From positions 987,114 to 1,051,113 of the forward strand of contig JBHLNF010000001.1 in NCBI GenBank assembly GCA_048937405.1: a stretch of 64,000 nucleotides of DNA. Reading direction: 5' to 3'. Positions 29,950 to 40,887 of the stretch are shown here, one piece after another (positions within the stretch are counted from its first letter, which is position 1; every line of letters starts with the position of its first letter). The position numbers and the translations under genes are program-made. The DNA comes from Promethearchaeota archaeon. GTDB taxonomy: Archaea; Asgardarchaeota; Lokiarchaeia; Sigyniarchaeales; SOKP01. The notes beneath the pieces were generated by a model. It was not told where the DNA came from. It did no database searches and saw only the letters and a list, made by a program, of their open reading frames with translations.

Positions 29950-31230
29950 TTGAATAAAGATTTTGAATGGATTTATTTGAATTTAATAGGATCTAAGAAA
30001 AGAAAAAAGTATATCATTAGCATAGTAGTAATTTCATTAATAATATTACTTGAAAATAATTTATTTTTTGTTGGTGGAAATGGAAGAAAAGAGAAAATCC
30101 CTGATAATAAGATTAATGATACCGTAAAACCTAGAGAAAGAGTTTCTTATGAATTGATGAATAATAATACATTTGAAATCTTATCAGATGTTTATATTGA
30201 TCTTACTCTTAACTATCAAGATAGCATTTCATTTCGTCAGACTTATTTTATAATTAATAACACACTTCCAATTACGTTAAATATTTCAACCAAAACAAAC
30301 TTTCAGAATTTTGGAATTTCTCAATCACCTCAAGAACCCCAGAAAAATAAATTTAACTTTAACTTTAGATATAATTGTATCTTTAGAATAAGAACAAATG
30401 TCTCAATTGTTAACTTAACAGTCAGATTTAGAAAAATTCAAGAGTATGGACTTAATCCGGACCTCTTGTATTCTTCTTCTATATTCGAAACTAGCCAAGA
30501 GTCATGGAATTTAATCGAGACTATTGAGAATATTAATGAGTCTAGCTCTGATAAATATATAGAGAGTTCGATTACGACACTCCAACAAAATACTGATTAT
30601 TACTTTACTCTTTTTGAAGTGGAACCTATCACACAAGATTGGACATGGTTAATAATAACTGTTTTACTAATAACAATTGGAATTATAGCTTTAGTAATCC
30701 TTATCTCAAAGAGAGATTATTTTCAATATTTAAGAACAAGAACAATTCCAATTGAGAAAGGGGCACATCGATTATCTATAGATGATGTTTTGGAGAATGA
30801 AAATCGAAATAAAATAATTGATATAATTTTAAATGATCCTGGAATTCATTTTAATGAATTATTACGAAAAACTGGGTTAGCAGCAGGCAATTTAGTTTGG
30901 CATCTTGATATTTTAATTACTTATAAAGTCATAGGGAAAAAGCGTATAGGTAATTTCATTGCGTATTTTCCATATTATCAAAAAAATCCTATATCTAATG
31001 TAGATTTGAAGTTAAAAAAGAGTAAATTAACTTTAGAGATATTGGAAATGATTGAAGAAAAACCAGGAATATGGAATAATATGATAACCAAAAAATTTAA
31101 GGTAGATCATAAAACGATTCATTATCACTTAAATAAATTAGTTGATTTAGGGCTTATCAAGTTTAGAAAAGAGGGGAGAAAAAAGAAAATTTATCCTAAT
31201 TTAGAATCAGATTATTTTAATCAAGATTGA
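29950..31230 (+). CDS. Membrane-anchored transcriptional regulator (extracellular domain, TM, double wHTH)
   Basis: VLENENRNKII..I...PGIHFNELLR...L.WHL and a second PGI...YHLNKL..LGLI helix-turn-helix after a TM helix. Confidence 0.85.
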   Translation: MNKDFEWIYLNLIGSKKRKKYIISIVVISLIILLENNLFFVGGNGRKEKIPDNKINDTVKPRERVSYELMNNNTFEILSDVYIDLTLNYQDSISFRQTYFIINNTLPITLNISTKTNFQNFGISQSPQEPQKNKFNFNFRYNCIFRIRTNVSIVNLTVRFRKIQEYGLNPDLLYSSSIFETSQESWNLIETIENINESSSDKYIESSITTLQQNTDYYFTLFEVEPITQDWTWLIITVLLITIGIIALVILISKRDYFQYLRTRTIPIEKGAHRLSIDDVLENENRNKIIDIILNDPGIHFNELLRKTGLAAGNLVWHLDILITYKVIGKKRIGNFIAYFPYYQKNPISNVDLKLKKSKLTLEILEMIEEKPGIWNNMITKKFKVDHKTIHYHLNKLVDLGLIKFRKEGRKKKIYPNLESDYFNQD

Positions 31231-31240
31231 AAAATTCTCA

Positions 31241-33775
31241 TTATAGTTTTCGATTCTTTTTTCGTTTTAATTCAACGTAAGTATAAGAAATTGTTGCTAT
31301 AGTTAAAATTGTGAAAAATGATATTAGAGCTCCAAGAAGCTCTATTAAATTATTTTGTTTTGAAATATGTTTATTTATAATTAATACTTTAAAAGCAACA
31401 TTGGAAGAAGAATCATTAGCAAAAAAGATGAGTTCAAATTTTCCATTTACTAATTTTTCCCATTCCTCTTGATTTATAGTTGAATTTTCATTGAAAATAA
31501 TATTTACATCACTCTCATTAAATGAATACCACATAGAATCTAAGTTATAATCAGTAATATAAACTGTAAAATTTGGAGGATTAATTCCATAAATTTCATT
31601 TTCTTGAGGATAAATAATAGTAATAATTGGAGCAATAGTATCTTTTCGAATCAAGACTTCTTTCCTCCCAATATTTCCCAAAGTATCATTAGCATAGAAT
31701 AACAATTTTATTAACCCATCTCCTAAAGAGTACCAAATTGTTTGATTAATTGTTCCAGTTAACCCTGTAAAGGTAAAGTTCGTAATTCCATCGTTAATTG
31801 TGTACCAAGTCAAATTCAAATTTGGCTTGTCAATTAACAGAGTAAAATTTGGAGCATCTCTTCCAAAAAATTGATTTGGTAATGGATTTAAAATAGAGAT
31901 ATTTGGTAAAGTGATATCTCTACGTACTATTACTGAAGTGGAATCCCTATTTCCTAATGAGTCATTGACATAAAATTGAATATTTACAGTACCATTTGGT
32001 TGAAGATCCCATGAAGTCTGATTAATTGTTCCACTTTGCTCTGTAAAGGTAAAATTCATGATTCCATCATCAATTGTGTACCAAGACAAATTCAAATTCG
32101 GCTTGTCAATTAATAAAGTAAAATTTGGAGCCTTTTTTCCAAACACTTGATTTGGTGATGGATCTAAAATAGAGATGTTTGGTAACGTGATATCTTTACG
32201 TACTATTACGGAATTATGCTCTAAATTTCCTAGTGAATCATTGATATAGAATTGAATATTTACAGTACCATTTAGTTGGAAATTCCATGCAGTTTGATTA
32301 ATTGTTCCAGTTGAACCTGTAAAAGTAAAATTTGTAGTTCCACCATCAATTGTATACCATGAAGTGTTTATTGTAAACCACGTCGGTTTTATTTTACCTT
32401 TATCAACATTGATGTTAAAATTAGGAGCAACCTTTCCAAATAACTGATAATTTTCAGGAGACTGAATATCTATATATACTCCTTTTTTCATTATTGTAAT
32501 GTTATCAATAAGATATATTCCACTATAATCATCTGGCATTGCCCATGTTTCCAAAGTAAGATTTGTTTCTTCTTTAATATCATCAACATTAATATCAATA
32601 ATAATAAAATGATATGTACTATTATAAAATGGAGCATAATCCGGATTTGTGGTACGCTCATGAAGGGATACTCCAGCACCTCCAGTTGTTAAATACATTG
32701 GATTTGAAGGATTTTCAAATTCATAGGATGAAGAATTATCATACTGTTTCAAACTGTTCATAGGATAACTTCTTTCATAATAGTGATTATGTCCAGCAAA
32801 TACAAGGTCTAGATTATATTCTTCAAAAATAGGACACCAAGCAGAAATTAAATCACTTCGATCTGGGTGATATGAACCAAAAATTGGTTGATGCATATAT
32901 GCAATATTCCATAAGCTATTATTATCTTTATAAGAATTCTTTAGTACTTCTTCTAACCAAGTAGTTTGAATAGATATATCACGTTCTGTATTAAGTCCAA
33001 TAAAATTTATAGGACCAATACTAAAATTATAATAGAAAGAATTTAAACCATTTGAAGGTAATGGAATATTATCATACATATAACCATCTAATCTTTCATG
33101 ATTTCCTTCAATATAATAACCGGGTATTTTTTTCGTTAATATCTCTATATCCTCAAAATAATCATTCCACTTAGTTTGAATACGCCCATCTTCAACTATA
33201 TCTCCAGTATGAACAATGAATTCAATGTCAGCAAAATTTTCCATTATTTTTTTGACAAGTTCAGTTCGTTGTTCTGATTGAGATCGAGAATCCCCAAATA
33301 ATAAAAATTTTAAGGAGCTTGCGTTTCGAGCTGGAAGTGTTGTAAAATTTAGAATGGCTCTTTCATTATAACCATCTGAACTTACTTTATAATAGTAAGT
33401 TGTATTTACTTTCAAGTCTTTAAGGTTTGCACTATATATATAAGTACTATCGATATATTTCGATGTAGGTCTAATAGTTATATTATTTGTTAAAGAAGAA
33501 TCAGTAGAATACTCAACTTTTGGATCTGTAGCATCAGCAGTTGTATACCAGGTAATTACCATTGAATTACTTGAATCATTAACTACAGTTATTCTAATAC
33601 CTGCTGGTGTTAAGGGAGCACTTATTTCAATGTGTTTATCAAATTTAAACTTAAAATTTTCGTTATAACGATAATTAAATAGGAAAATATTTGTGAGATT
33701 AATAAAAATAATAGAGACTATTAGAATTATAATTAAAAACTTTGAATTTAAATTCCTTTTGGCTACCAAACTCAT
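31241..33775 (-). CDS. Purple-acid-phosphatase-type metallophosphoesterase with FN3 domain, Ig-like repeats and C-terminal anchor
   Basis: FGDSR, HTGDIV, GNHE, GHNHYYER; four ~93-aa WYTID..NFTF..ND.LGN repeats. Confidence 0.9.
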   Translation of the reverse strand: MSLVAKRNLNSKFLIIILIVSIIFINLTNIFLFNYRYNENFKFKFDKHIEISAPLTPAGIRITVVNDSSNSMVITWYTTADATDPKVEYSTDSSLTNNITIRPTSKYIDSTYIYSANLKDLKVNTTYYYKVSSDGYNERAILNFTTLPARNASSLKFLLFGDSRSQSEQRTELVKKIMENFADIEFIVHTGDIVEDGRIQTKWNDYFEDIEILTKKIPGYYIEGNHERLDGYMYDNIPLPSNGLNSFYYNFSIGPINFIGLNTERDISIQTTWLEEVLKNSYKDNNSLWNIAYMHQPIFGSYHPDRSDLISAWCPIFEEYNLDLVFAGHNHYYERSYPMNSLKQYDNSSSYEFENPSNPMYLTTGGAGVSLHERTTNPDYAPFYNSTYHFIIIDINVDDIKEETNLTLETWAMPDDYSGIYLIDNITIMKKGVYIDIQSPENYQLFGKVAPNFNINVDKGKIKPTWFTINTSWYTIDGGTTNFTFTGSTGTINQTAWNFQLNGTVNIQFYINDSLGNLEHNSVIVRKDITLPNISILDPSPNQVFGKKAPNFTLLIDKPNLNLSWYTIDDGIMNFTFTEQSGTINQTSWDLQPNGTVNIQFYVNDSLGNRDSTSVIVRRDITLPNISILNPLPNQFFGRDAPNFTLLIDKPNLNLTWYTINDGITNFTFTGLTGTINQTIWYSLGDGLIKLLFYANDTLGNIGRKEVLIRKDTIAPIITIIYPQENEIYGINPPNFTVYITDYNLDSMWYSFNESDVNIIFNENSTINQEEWEKLVNGKFELIFFANDSSSNVAFKVLIINKHISKQNNLIELLGALISFFTILTIATISYTYVELKRKKNRKL

Positions 33776-33921
33776 TTTTCTTTTCGCTAAATTAACTAAT
33801 GAGTTTCAGTTTTTTAAAATACTTATAAAAAATAGACTTAATAAATTTTTTAGTTATAAAAGTAAATGTTATGATTTCTTTATTGAAATAATTTATCTAA
33901 ATGTCGATAGGATCTCTTTTA

Positions 33922-35325
33922 TTATAAACTGGCAATCCAGGAGTTAATTTGTGGAGCAAATATAATCATTAATATAAATATAACTAAGAATAAAATACAA
34001 ATCAAATTTTGCCATTTAAAGCGACTACCTATGTTAATATTATAAGCTCGTTCTTTAAATTCCCTCGCTTTCGCATTATAAAAAACTTTTAGACCTTTCG
34101 GGGTTAAAACCAATAAATCTTCAAAGCATTCTATAAGATTCCCTTCTATTAATTTATTTAAGTGTTTTTCAGCAATTTTTTGGCCTAAATCATCATAAAA
34201 AAAATCAGCAAACCCTTCATAATATTTACGCCCAAGATTTAATCCTAAATCGAAATTTTTCATAAGATTTGAACGAGTTAGGCGTTCTCTTCTAACACTC
34301 CCTAAAAGAAAGGCTGTTAATCGATTATCATATATATTATCAGCCATAACTTTTATTGCTGTAATATCAAAATCTTCTTCTTTTTTTAATAATTCAAATA
34401 ATATTTCTAGTCCTTCTTTAAACACAAAAATCGATATAATTATCCCTACTATTGAATCAACAAAATAATAATCAAAAATAGCAAAGGTTAATCCTATTAA
34501 AACTCCAACTGATAATTTTACATTTAATCCAGAATCCTTTGAATCACTTAAAAATGATAAATTTCCAGAAATTCGGCCAACCATTCCTTTCAAGAACATT
34601 AAACCGATATTTATAACCATTGAAATAATACTTATAATATATGCTTGAACTGTTGGTATTATTTCTACAGGATTTATTAAAGCAATAACACTGGACCATG
34701 CTAAAGTTCCACCTGTGAATAACATTAACAAAATAATAATAATACTAGCAATCTTATCTTTCTTCAATTTCATTCCTATTATAACAATAATAACTATTTT
34801 TGCTAAATCTGTTAGATTTTCAAATCCATCTGTTATCATCCCTTGGGATCCTAAATTAAAGCCTGTCAAGATTTTCAATAAGGAAATAATAATTAAAAAA
34901 ACTGCTGTACTAGACAAAACAGTGGTTTTAGAAAAGAATTTTTCCATCCAAAAAGATGTATGTAGATTCCAAAAATAACTATATTCAACAAGTTTAATCC
35001 CTTCATCAGTAAGTGCTATTGTATTATTTGTATGAGTTTGGATCAGTTTATTTCGGTTTGCTTTTTGCCAAAATTCCTCCACATCCTCCTCTTCTATAAT
35101 CACATGTCTAGTAGAGGAAATAAACAAGAGTCTCATCTGTGCCTTTAGATCATCAAGATTATTAACTCCATCATATATTAAGCAGAGAAAAGCATATAAA
35201 AATGTATGATGGGGGTCATGATTATGAGAGTCATAATATTTTGTCATTAACTTATAGCCTTCTCTTCTTGGACCACTCTTTAAATCTCTTCTTGAATATT
35301 GAGGTTTTAAATCAGTTAAAGGCAT
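33922..35325 (-). CDS. Cation diffusion facilitator-like transporter with soluble terminal domains
   Basis: GSQGMITDGFENLTDL, GNLSFLSDSKDS, VDSIVGIIIS. Confidence 0.75.
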   Translation of the reverse strand: MPLTDLKPQYSRRDLKSGPRREGYKLMTKYYDSHNHDPHHTFLYAFLCLIYDGVNNLDDLKAQMRLLFISSTRHVIIEEEDVEEFWQKANRNKLIQTHTNNTIALTDEGIKLVEYSYFWNLHTSFWMEKFFSKTTVLSSTAVFLIIISLLKILTGFNLGSQGMITDGFENLTDLAKIVIIVIIGMKLKKDKIASIIIILLMLFTGGTLAWSSVIALINPVEIIPTVQAYIISIISMVINIGLMFLKGMVGRISGNLSFLSDSKDSGLNVKLSVGVLIGLTFAIFDYYFVDSIVGIIISIFVFKEGLEILFELLKKEEDFDITAIKVMADNIYDNRLTAFLLGSVRRERLTRSNLMKNFDLGLNLGRKYYEGFADFFYDDLGQKIAEKHLNKLIEGNLIECFEDLLVLTPKGLKVFYNAKAREFKERAYNINIGSRFKWQNLICILFLVIFILMIIFAPQINSWIASL

Positions 35326-35469
35326 ATTATTGAGAAATGGATAGTTGAATTGAATTTATATATTTCGGATAGTAATTAACAAATTTTAAAAACTTTTATG
35401 TGAATTTAAAGCAAGCATTTTTAATTCTTCTTGATTAGTTATCAATAAATAAATAAAAAAAAACTGAAT

Positions 35470-35976
35470 ATGATTGATCCTGAAATATTTTTAAGATTCC
35501 TTAAAAGCAGAAGGAGCATTAGAAGCTTTCAAGATAAACCCGTTAAAGAAAATGAATTAAATATGATCCTTGAAGCAGGAAGATGGTCTCCAAGTGCATC
35601 AAATCGCCAACCTTGGGAGTTTATTATTATAAGAAATAAAGAAACTTTAGAAAAACTATCTAAGATGTCATTTTATGGTAAATTTATGAAAGGAGTCCCA
35701 CTAGTGATTGCTATTGTTGGTAAGACTAAAACAAGTCCTAAATGGTATATAATTGACACATCTCTAGTTACAATGAATATGATGTTAATGGCATGGGCTC
35801 TTGGGATTGGTACATGTTGGATTGGAGCAATGAATAGAGAAAAAGCAAAAGAAATAATTGGTTTGGGGGAGAATGATTATCTTTTAACCGTTTTGCCTTT
35901 TGGATACATTGAAGGAAAGATTCCTGACCCTACCTCAAGAAAATCATTAAAAAATATCATAAGATGGATCGAATAG
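35470..35976 (+). CDS. Nitroreductase family protein
   Basis: RRSIRSF, SPSASNRQPWEF, LGIGTCWIG. Confidence 0.93.
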   Translation: MIDPEIFLRFLKSRRSIRSFQDKPVKENELNMILEAGRWSPSASNRQPWEFIIIRNKETLEKLSKMSFYGKFMKGVPLVIAIVGKTKTSPKWYIIDTSLVTMNMMLMAWALGIGTCWIGAMNREKAKEIIGLGENDYLLTVLPFGYIEGKIPDPTSRKSLKNIIRWIE

Positions 35977-35988
35977 ATATAAAAAATA

Positions 35989-37167
35989 CTAAATTGGAAT
36001 TGTAACTTCCTCTAATGTTTCTGGAGCTTTAGTTAACTTTTGATATCCCTCATCAGTTATTAATACAGTATCTGAATGACGAAATCCTCCAATACCAGGA
36101 ATATAAATAGCTGGTTCAACACTTATAACCATATTTTTTTCTAATGGTTTGTCATACCCTTCAGCTAAGAATGGCGCTTCATGACCAGTAATCCCAAGAC
36201 CATGTCCCGTTCGATGGAGCATATAATCTCCATATCCTTTTTCTGTAATAAAATTTCTTACTGATTTATCGATCTTACTCATTATTATGCCCGGTTTTAG
36301 CATACTGTATGCTAACTCTCTTGCCTCAAACATTACTTCAAATGGTTTAATAGTTTTCTCTGGAACTTCACCTAAGAAAAATGTTCTTTCAATCTCAACA
36401 CCATAACCATCTACTTGAGCAGTGACTATTGAAACATGAGGTCCTCCATCTTCCATTTCTTTAAAAATGTGTGGAATTAAATGAGGATCATGTGAAATTG
36501 ACGGTGGCCAAACCGCACCTGTAGTTTCTGTCGCTCTAAAATTAGCATTAGGTATGTCTTGAACTATCTTAGAAGTCATAGCATCTGTTACCTCTTTATA
36601 TAAAGTAAACTCAAGAACTTTAGGGCGGCATTTTTTAAGTAATACTTTATGACCTTTATTTACAATTCTGCTTGCGTGATAAAGCCGACCAACTTCATAA
36701 TCAGTTTTAATAATTCGAACTTTATCTATGATATCAGTAATTACTTTCTTACCAAGAGTTTTATTAGCGATGCCAATTGGTAATTCAGATTCCAATCCAA
36801 CTGTAGCATCAGATCTTATTTGTTTTTGATAAAAATCATACCAATTTTCACCATCTCGGGCAGGAAATTCATAATATATCACAAATTCAAGATCACATTG
36901 TGCTCTGGATTCAAAATGTCCTTTCTCCAATTTGGGAATTAGCATTTTTGGTTCTCCTTGTCTTTCTATTATAAGGATAAACGGTCTTTCATGAACGTAA
37001 AAAGCAAAATTAGTCAAATAATAGATATTTACCGGATTGAATGAAATATAATAATCTAAATTCTGTTCTTTCATTAAATTTCTAACCTTTTCTAGACGAT
37101 TTGATAATTCTTCTCGACTAGGAGGATTTTTAATTGTTTTTATCTTCAACGTCATAATTAATTTCAA
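35989..37167 (-). CDS. Xaa-Pro peptidase / creatinase family (M24) protein
   Basis: HRTGHGLG, HEAP, VEPAIY, GFRHSDT; metal ligands partly replaced, as in creatinase-like members. Confidence 0.88.
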   Translation of the reverse strand: MKLIMTLKIKTIKNPPSREELSNRLEKVRNLMKEQNLDYYISFNPVNIYYLTNFAFYVHERPFILIIERQGEPKMLIPKLEKGHFESRAQCDLEFVIYYEFPARDGENWYDFYQKQIRSDATVGLESELPIGIANKTLGKKVITDIIDKVRIIKTDYEVGRLYHASRIVNKGHKVLLKKCRPKVLEFTLYKEVTDAMTSKIVQDIPNANFRATETTGAVWPPSISHDPHLIPHIFKEMEDGGPHVSIVTAQVDGYGVEIERTFFLGEVPEKTIKPFEVMFEARELAYSMLKPGIIMSKIDKSVRNFITEKGYGDYMLHRTGHGLGITGHEAPFLAEGYDKPLEKNMVISVEPAIYIPGIGGFRHSDTVLITDEGYQKLTKAPETLEEVTIPI

Positions 37168-37226
37168 TTTTCTTATAGAATATAATTATCATATAAGATT
37201 AAATTATAAATAAAACATTAAACTTC

Positions 37227-38828
37227 TTGATAATGACTCTTGGATATCTTGGATTAGTATTACATGGACATATTCCGTGGTGTAAAAAGTCAGGTACTTG
37301 GCCTGCAGGAGAAGAATGGCTGATGGAAGCCATGAATGAAACTTATATTCCATTTCTAAATATTTTAAGGGAACTTAAGGGAAAAGGAATAAAAACGGCA
37401 ATTACTGTTAACATAACACCTATATTGGCTGAACAATTGGCAGATGAATATATGAAACAGAGATTTACTGAATATATGGAGAATTTAATATCAAGAGCTA
37501 AAAATGATACTAAACGGTTTGAAAATCATCAAGATAGAAAACTCATTGCTGAATATCATTTAAAGAATTTTGAGCATATACTAGACACATTCTATCATAA
37601 TTATTATAGAGATTTATTAGGTACATTCAAATGGCTTCAAGATGAAGGAATGATTGAATTGATCACATGTGGAGCAACGCATGGCTTTTTACCACTTTTT
37701 GAGAGTGACTCCGGAATCTTTTCTCAAATTAAGTTAGCTGTAGATACACATAGAGAGCATTTTCAAAGAGACCCTATAGGAATATGGCTTCCAGAATGTG
37801 CTTATAGGCCTAAAGAATATAAAAATGGTAAATTTCGAGAGAGTATTGATTATTGGTTAAATAATTCAGGTATAAAATACTTTTTTGTAGACTCTCATGG
37901 AATACTAAATGCTGAAATAATAGAGCAAAAGAATGTAATTGGATTAGATACGAATTATGGGTATAATTTAGAAACGGGTGTTTCAGTTTTTGGAAGAAAT
38001 AAAAAGACAAGTCGTCAGGTATGGGATACACAAATAGGTTATCCCGGAAATGAACATTATAGAGAATTTCACAAAAAAGATCACGAATCAGGTTTGCACT
38101 ATTGGAGAATTACCAGCAAAGGATTAGGAAATGAAGAAAAAGAATTATATAAAATAGATACCGCAGAAGAAATTGTTATATCTCATGCGAATCATTTTAT
38201 ATCATTGGTTACTGAAGAATTAAAACAATTCTCTACCACATATAGTAAAAAAGGGATAATAATTTCCCCTTATGATTTTGAACTTTATGGACATTGGTGG
38301 ATGGAAGGGATAAACTGGTTGAATAAAGTATTTGAATTAATTTATAACTATGAAGATGTTGAAATGATAACTATTTCAGATTACCTTTCAAAATTTAAGG
38401 ATGATTTTTCAGTGATTAGGATGGGAGAAAGTAGTTGGGGGGAAGGAGGACATTTTCAAGTATGGAAGAATCCCGATCATGGTTGGATTTGGCCCTATAT
38501 CAATGGATCAATAAAAGCGTTTGAAAATATCTTAGAATCAATTCATAATCCTAATTCTTACGAACAACGAATTCTTAAACAGATCGCTCGTGAATTGATT
38601 TTAATGGAAGGTAGTGATTGGCCTTTCCTCTTATATACTAAACAAGCAAAAGAGTATGCAAACCAGAGGTTTCACCATCATCACCAAAGATATAATAGAT
38701 TAATCTGGGCTGTAAAAGATATTAATGATAAAAAAAGATTGTCTTTAGAAACTTTAGAAGAAATTGAATCAATTGACTCTTGTTTTAAAAAAATTAATGT
38801 TAAACATTTTAAAAGAACAGATGGATGA
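37227..38828 (+). CDS. GH57 1,4-alpha-glucan branching enzyme
   Basis: LHGHIP, ATHGFLPL, WLPECAY, YDFELYGHWW, SDWPF. Confidence 0.92.
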   Translation: MIMTLGYLGLVLHGHIPWCKKSGTWPAGEEWLMEAMNETYIPFLNILRELKGKGIKTAITVNITPILAEQLADEYMKQRFTEYMENLISRAKNDTKRFENHQDRKLIAEYHLKNFEHILDTFYHNYYRDLLGTFKWLQDEGMIELITCGATHGFLPLFESDSGIFSQIKLAVDTHREHFQRDPIGIWLPECAYRPKEYKNGKFRESIDYWLNNSGIKYFFVDSHGILNAEIIEQKNVIGLDTNYGYNLETGVSVFGRNKKTSRQVWDTQIGYPGNEHYREFHKKDHESGLHYWRITSKGLGNEEKELYKIDTAEEIVISHANHFISLVTEELKQFSTTYSKKGIIISPYDFELYGHWWMEGINWLNKVFELIYNYEDVEMITISDYLSKFKDDFSVIRMGESSWGEGGHFQVWKNPDHGWIWPYINGSIKAFENILESIHNPNSYEQRILKQIARELILMEGSDWPFLLYTKQAKEYANQRFHHHHQRYNRLIWAVKDINDKKRLSLETLEEIESIDSCFKKINVKHFKRTDG

Positions 38829-38863
38829 TTCAATAAGGATTTTTTGATAAAGCTTAAATTTAT

Positions 38864-39412
38864 TTACAATATAAATATTGCTGCAGCGACAACAGAGGCC
38901 CATTCATCTTCTTCTCGGACAGTAGCATAAGCTGTAATATTTTTTGTCTCGACAATCTGTCCATCCATTTTGAATACTTCTTTTTTTTCATCATAATTTG
39001 AATTTGGATCAAAAGGAATACCTAAAGTCGTTGCTAACATTTCTGCTGCTAGATCTTCTGCAATATCTCCAACTTTATCAGGCTTAACTCCAAAACAATG
39101 ATGTTCACTCAAATAACCATATTGACCTTTATTAGCAGGTTTAGCCACTCCAATGGCGGCACATATTAACCGATTAAATTCATTCGAAGTAAGTCTAGCT
39201 ATTACTGCATATATAATTTGACCAGGACGAAGTTGCTTTAATCCATCTTCTTTTAAAATTTCTATACAATAGGGTGGTAAAATAGAAGATACATTTACTA
39301 AGTTATATTTCTCAATTCCAGCATCTCTGAGGGCTTCTTCAAAAGCACCTAACTTGGATTTATGAAAACCCTTACCAGATACAAAGAATACCTTCTTAGG
39401 AACTAAAGACAT
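38864..39412 (-). CDS. pdaD: Pyruvoyl-dependent arginine decarboxylase
   Basis: FEEALRDAGIEKYNLVNVSSILPP (Ser-Ser autocleavage site), GYLSEHH. Confidence 0.93.
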   Translation of the reverse strand: MSLVPKKVFFVSGKGFHKSKLGAFEEALRDAGIEKYNLVNVSSILPPYCIEILKEDGLKQLRPGQIIYAVIARLTSNEFNRLICAAIGVAKPANKGQYGYLSEHHCFGVKPDKVGDIAEDLAAEMLATTLGIPFDPNSNYDEKKEVFKMDGQIVETKNITAYATVREEDEWASVVAAAIFIL

Positions 39413-39744
39413 TATTTTATTATTCTTTATTTATAAATTATAATTAAGATTTTAATATTAAAGGTTATATTTAAATTTATTTTCTACTCAAGTAATATAT
39501 TGAAACCTATGATACTAAGATTATTACATTATGCCTAATTTAATTAAATATTATTAGATTTTTCTTATATTAAAAAATTGGATAATAAATATCACTGAGA
39601 TTAAAAAACAAAGCAAAATGAAAAGATTTATTCAAATTTGATATATTAAATGGCTGCATTTCAAATTTATTAATACACTTTTAAGACTTTTTAAATAGAT
39701 TCCAATAGAACACTTTAAAACTATTAAAGCATATAATTTTATTT

Positions 39745-40734
39745 ATGAATACATATCAAAAAGATGATTTTTTAATAAAAAAAGTTAAACCTTTCAATCC
39801 AAAAAAAGTTAAAAATATAGATGATCTTATTATAGCTTTAAAAGATTGTGGATTTCAGGCAAGAAATCTCGGTATAGCTCTTGATATCTTAGAAAAAATG
39901 GTTTCTGATGAAAATTGTCTGACTGTATTAACTTTAAGTGGAGCGATGGTCCCTGCTGGGATGGGAAGCTTAATTTCAGTTTTAATGGAATATAAGTTAA
40001 TTGATGTATTAATTAGTACAGGCGCCAATATTATTCACGACTTAGTTGACACTGCAAGTAATATAGGACACTATTTAGGAAGCACAACTGTCGATGATGA
40101 TGAATTATTTAAACATCGGATAAATAGAATTTATGATATCTTTCTTCCTGAGGAAAATTATGATAAAGCTGATATAAAATTACTAGAAATTATTAAATCT
40201 TCATTTGATATGAAAAACATCCATATTACACCCTCGGAATTCCTAAAGAGAATAGGGGATAAACTAAATGGAACAAATATCCTTTCAATGGGCGCTAAAA
40301 ATGATATTCCCATATTTATACCAGCTTTTTCAGATTCAGAATTAGCTTTGAAACTGATAAAGTATAATCTTTATGAAGAATACGATTTTCAATTTGATAT
40401 TCTAGGGGATGTGAAAAAATTTGGGGAGATAGTTAAAAGATATAAAAAATATGGAACAATAATAGTAGGTGGTGGCGTTCCTCGAAATTGGGCTCAACAG
40501 ATCTTTCCCATGTTAGATCAATTCGATAAAATAGAGAAAATGGGATATAATTATTCAGTTCGTATTCATACCGCAATGGAATACGATGGAGGACTTTCAG
40601 GAAGTACTTTCTCAGAAGCAAAATCTTGGGGAAAATATTCTCTGGAGTCAAAGCACGTAAGTGTTTGGTGTGATGCTACAATTGCTTTACCAATTTTAAT
40701 TACAGGTCTATTGCAACGGTTAAAACTTATTTAA
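39745..40734 (+). CDS. dys: Deoxyhypusine synthase family protein
   Basis: GFQARNL, SGAMVPAG, TGANIIHD, GGGVPRN, DGGLSG, EAKSWGK (catalytic Lys present). Confidence 0.9.
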   Translation: MNTYQKDDFLIKKVKPFNPKKVKNIDDLIIALKDCGFQARNLGIALDILEKMVSDENCLTVLTLSGAMVPAGMGSLISVLMEYKLIDVLISTGANIIHDLVDTASNIGHYLGSTTVDDDELFKHRINRIYDIFLPEENYDKADIKLLEIIKSSFDMKNIHITPSEFLKRIGDKLNGTNILSMGAKNDIPIFIPAFSDSELALKLIKYNLYEEYDFQFDILGDVKKFGEIVKRYKKYGTIIVGGGVPRNWAQQIFPMLDQFDKIEKMGYNYSVRIHTAMEYDGGLSGSTFSEAKSWGKYSLESKHVSVWCDATIALPILITGLLQRLKLI

Positions 40735-40887
40735 TCTAATTCAATTATTTTGATAATGAACTGTAATTAAAATTTAGATTTAGTCAAAAATATCTAAAAA
40801 AAGGTTCTTTTCAAAAAGAAATTTTTTAAAAAGCAAAAAATCTCTTTAATAAATTAGATTCAATATTTTTTATTCAGGTAATTTTTC

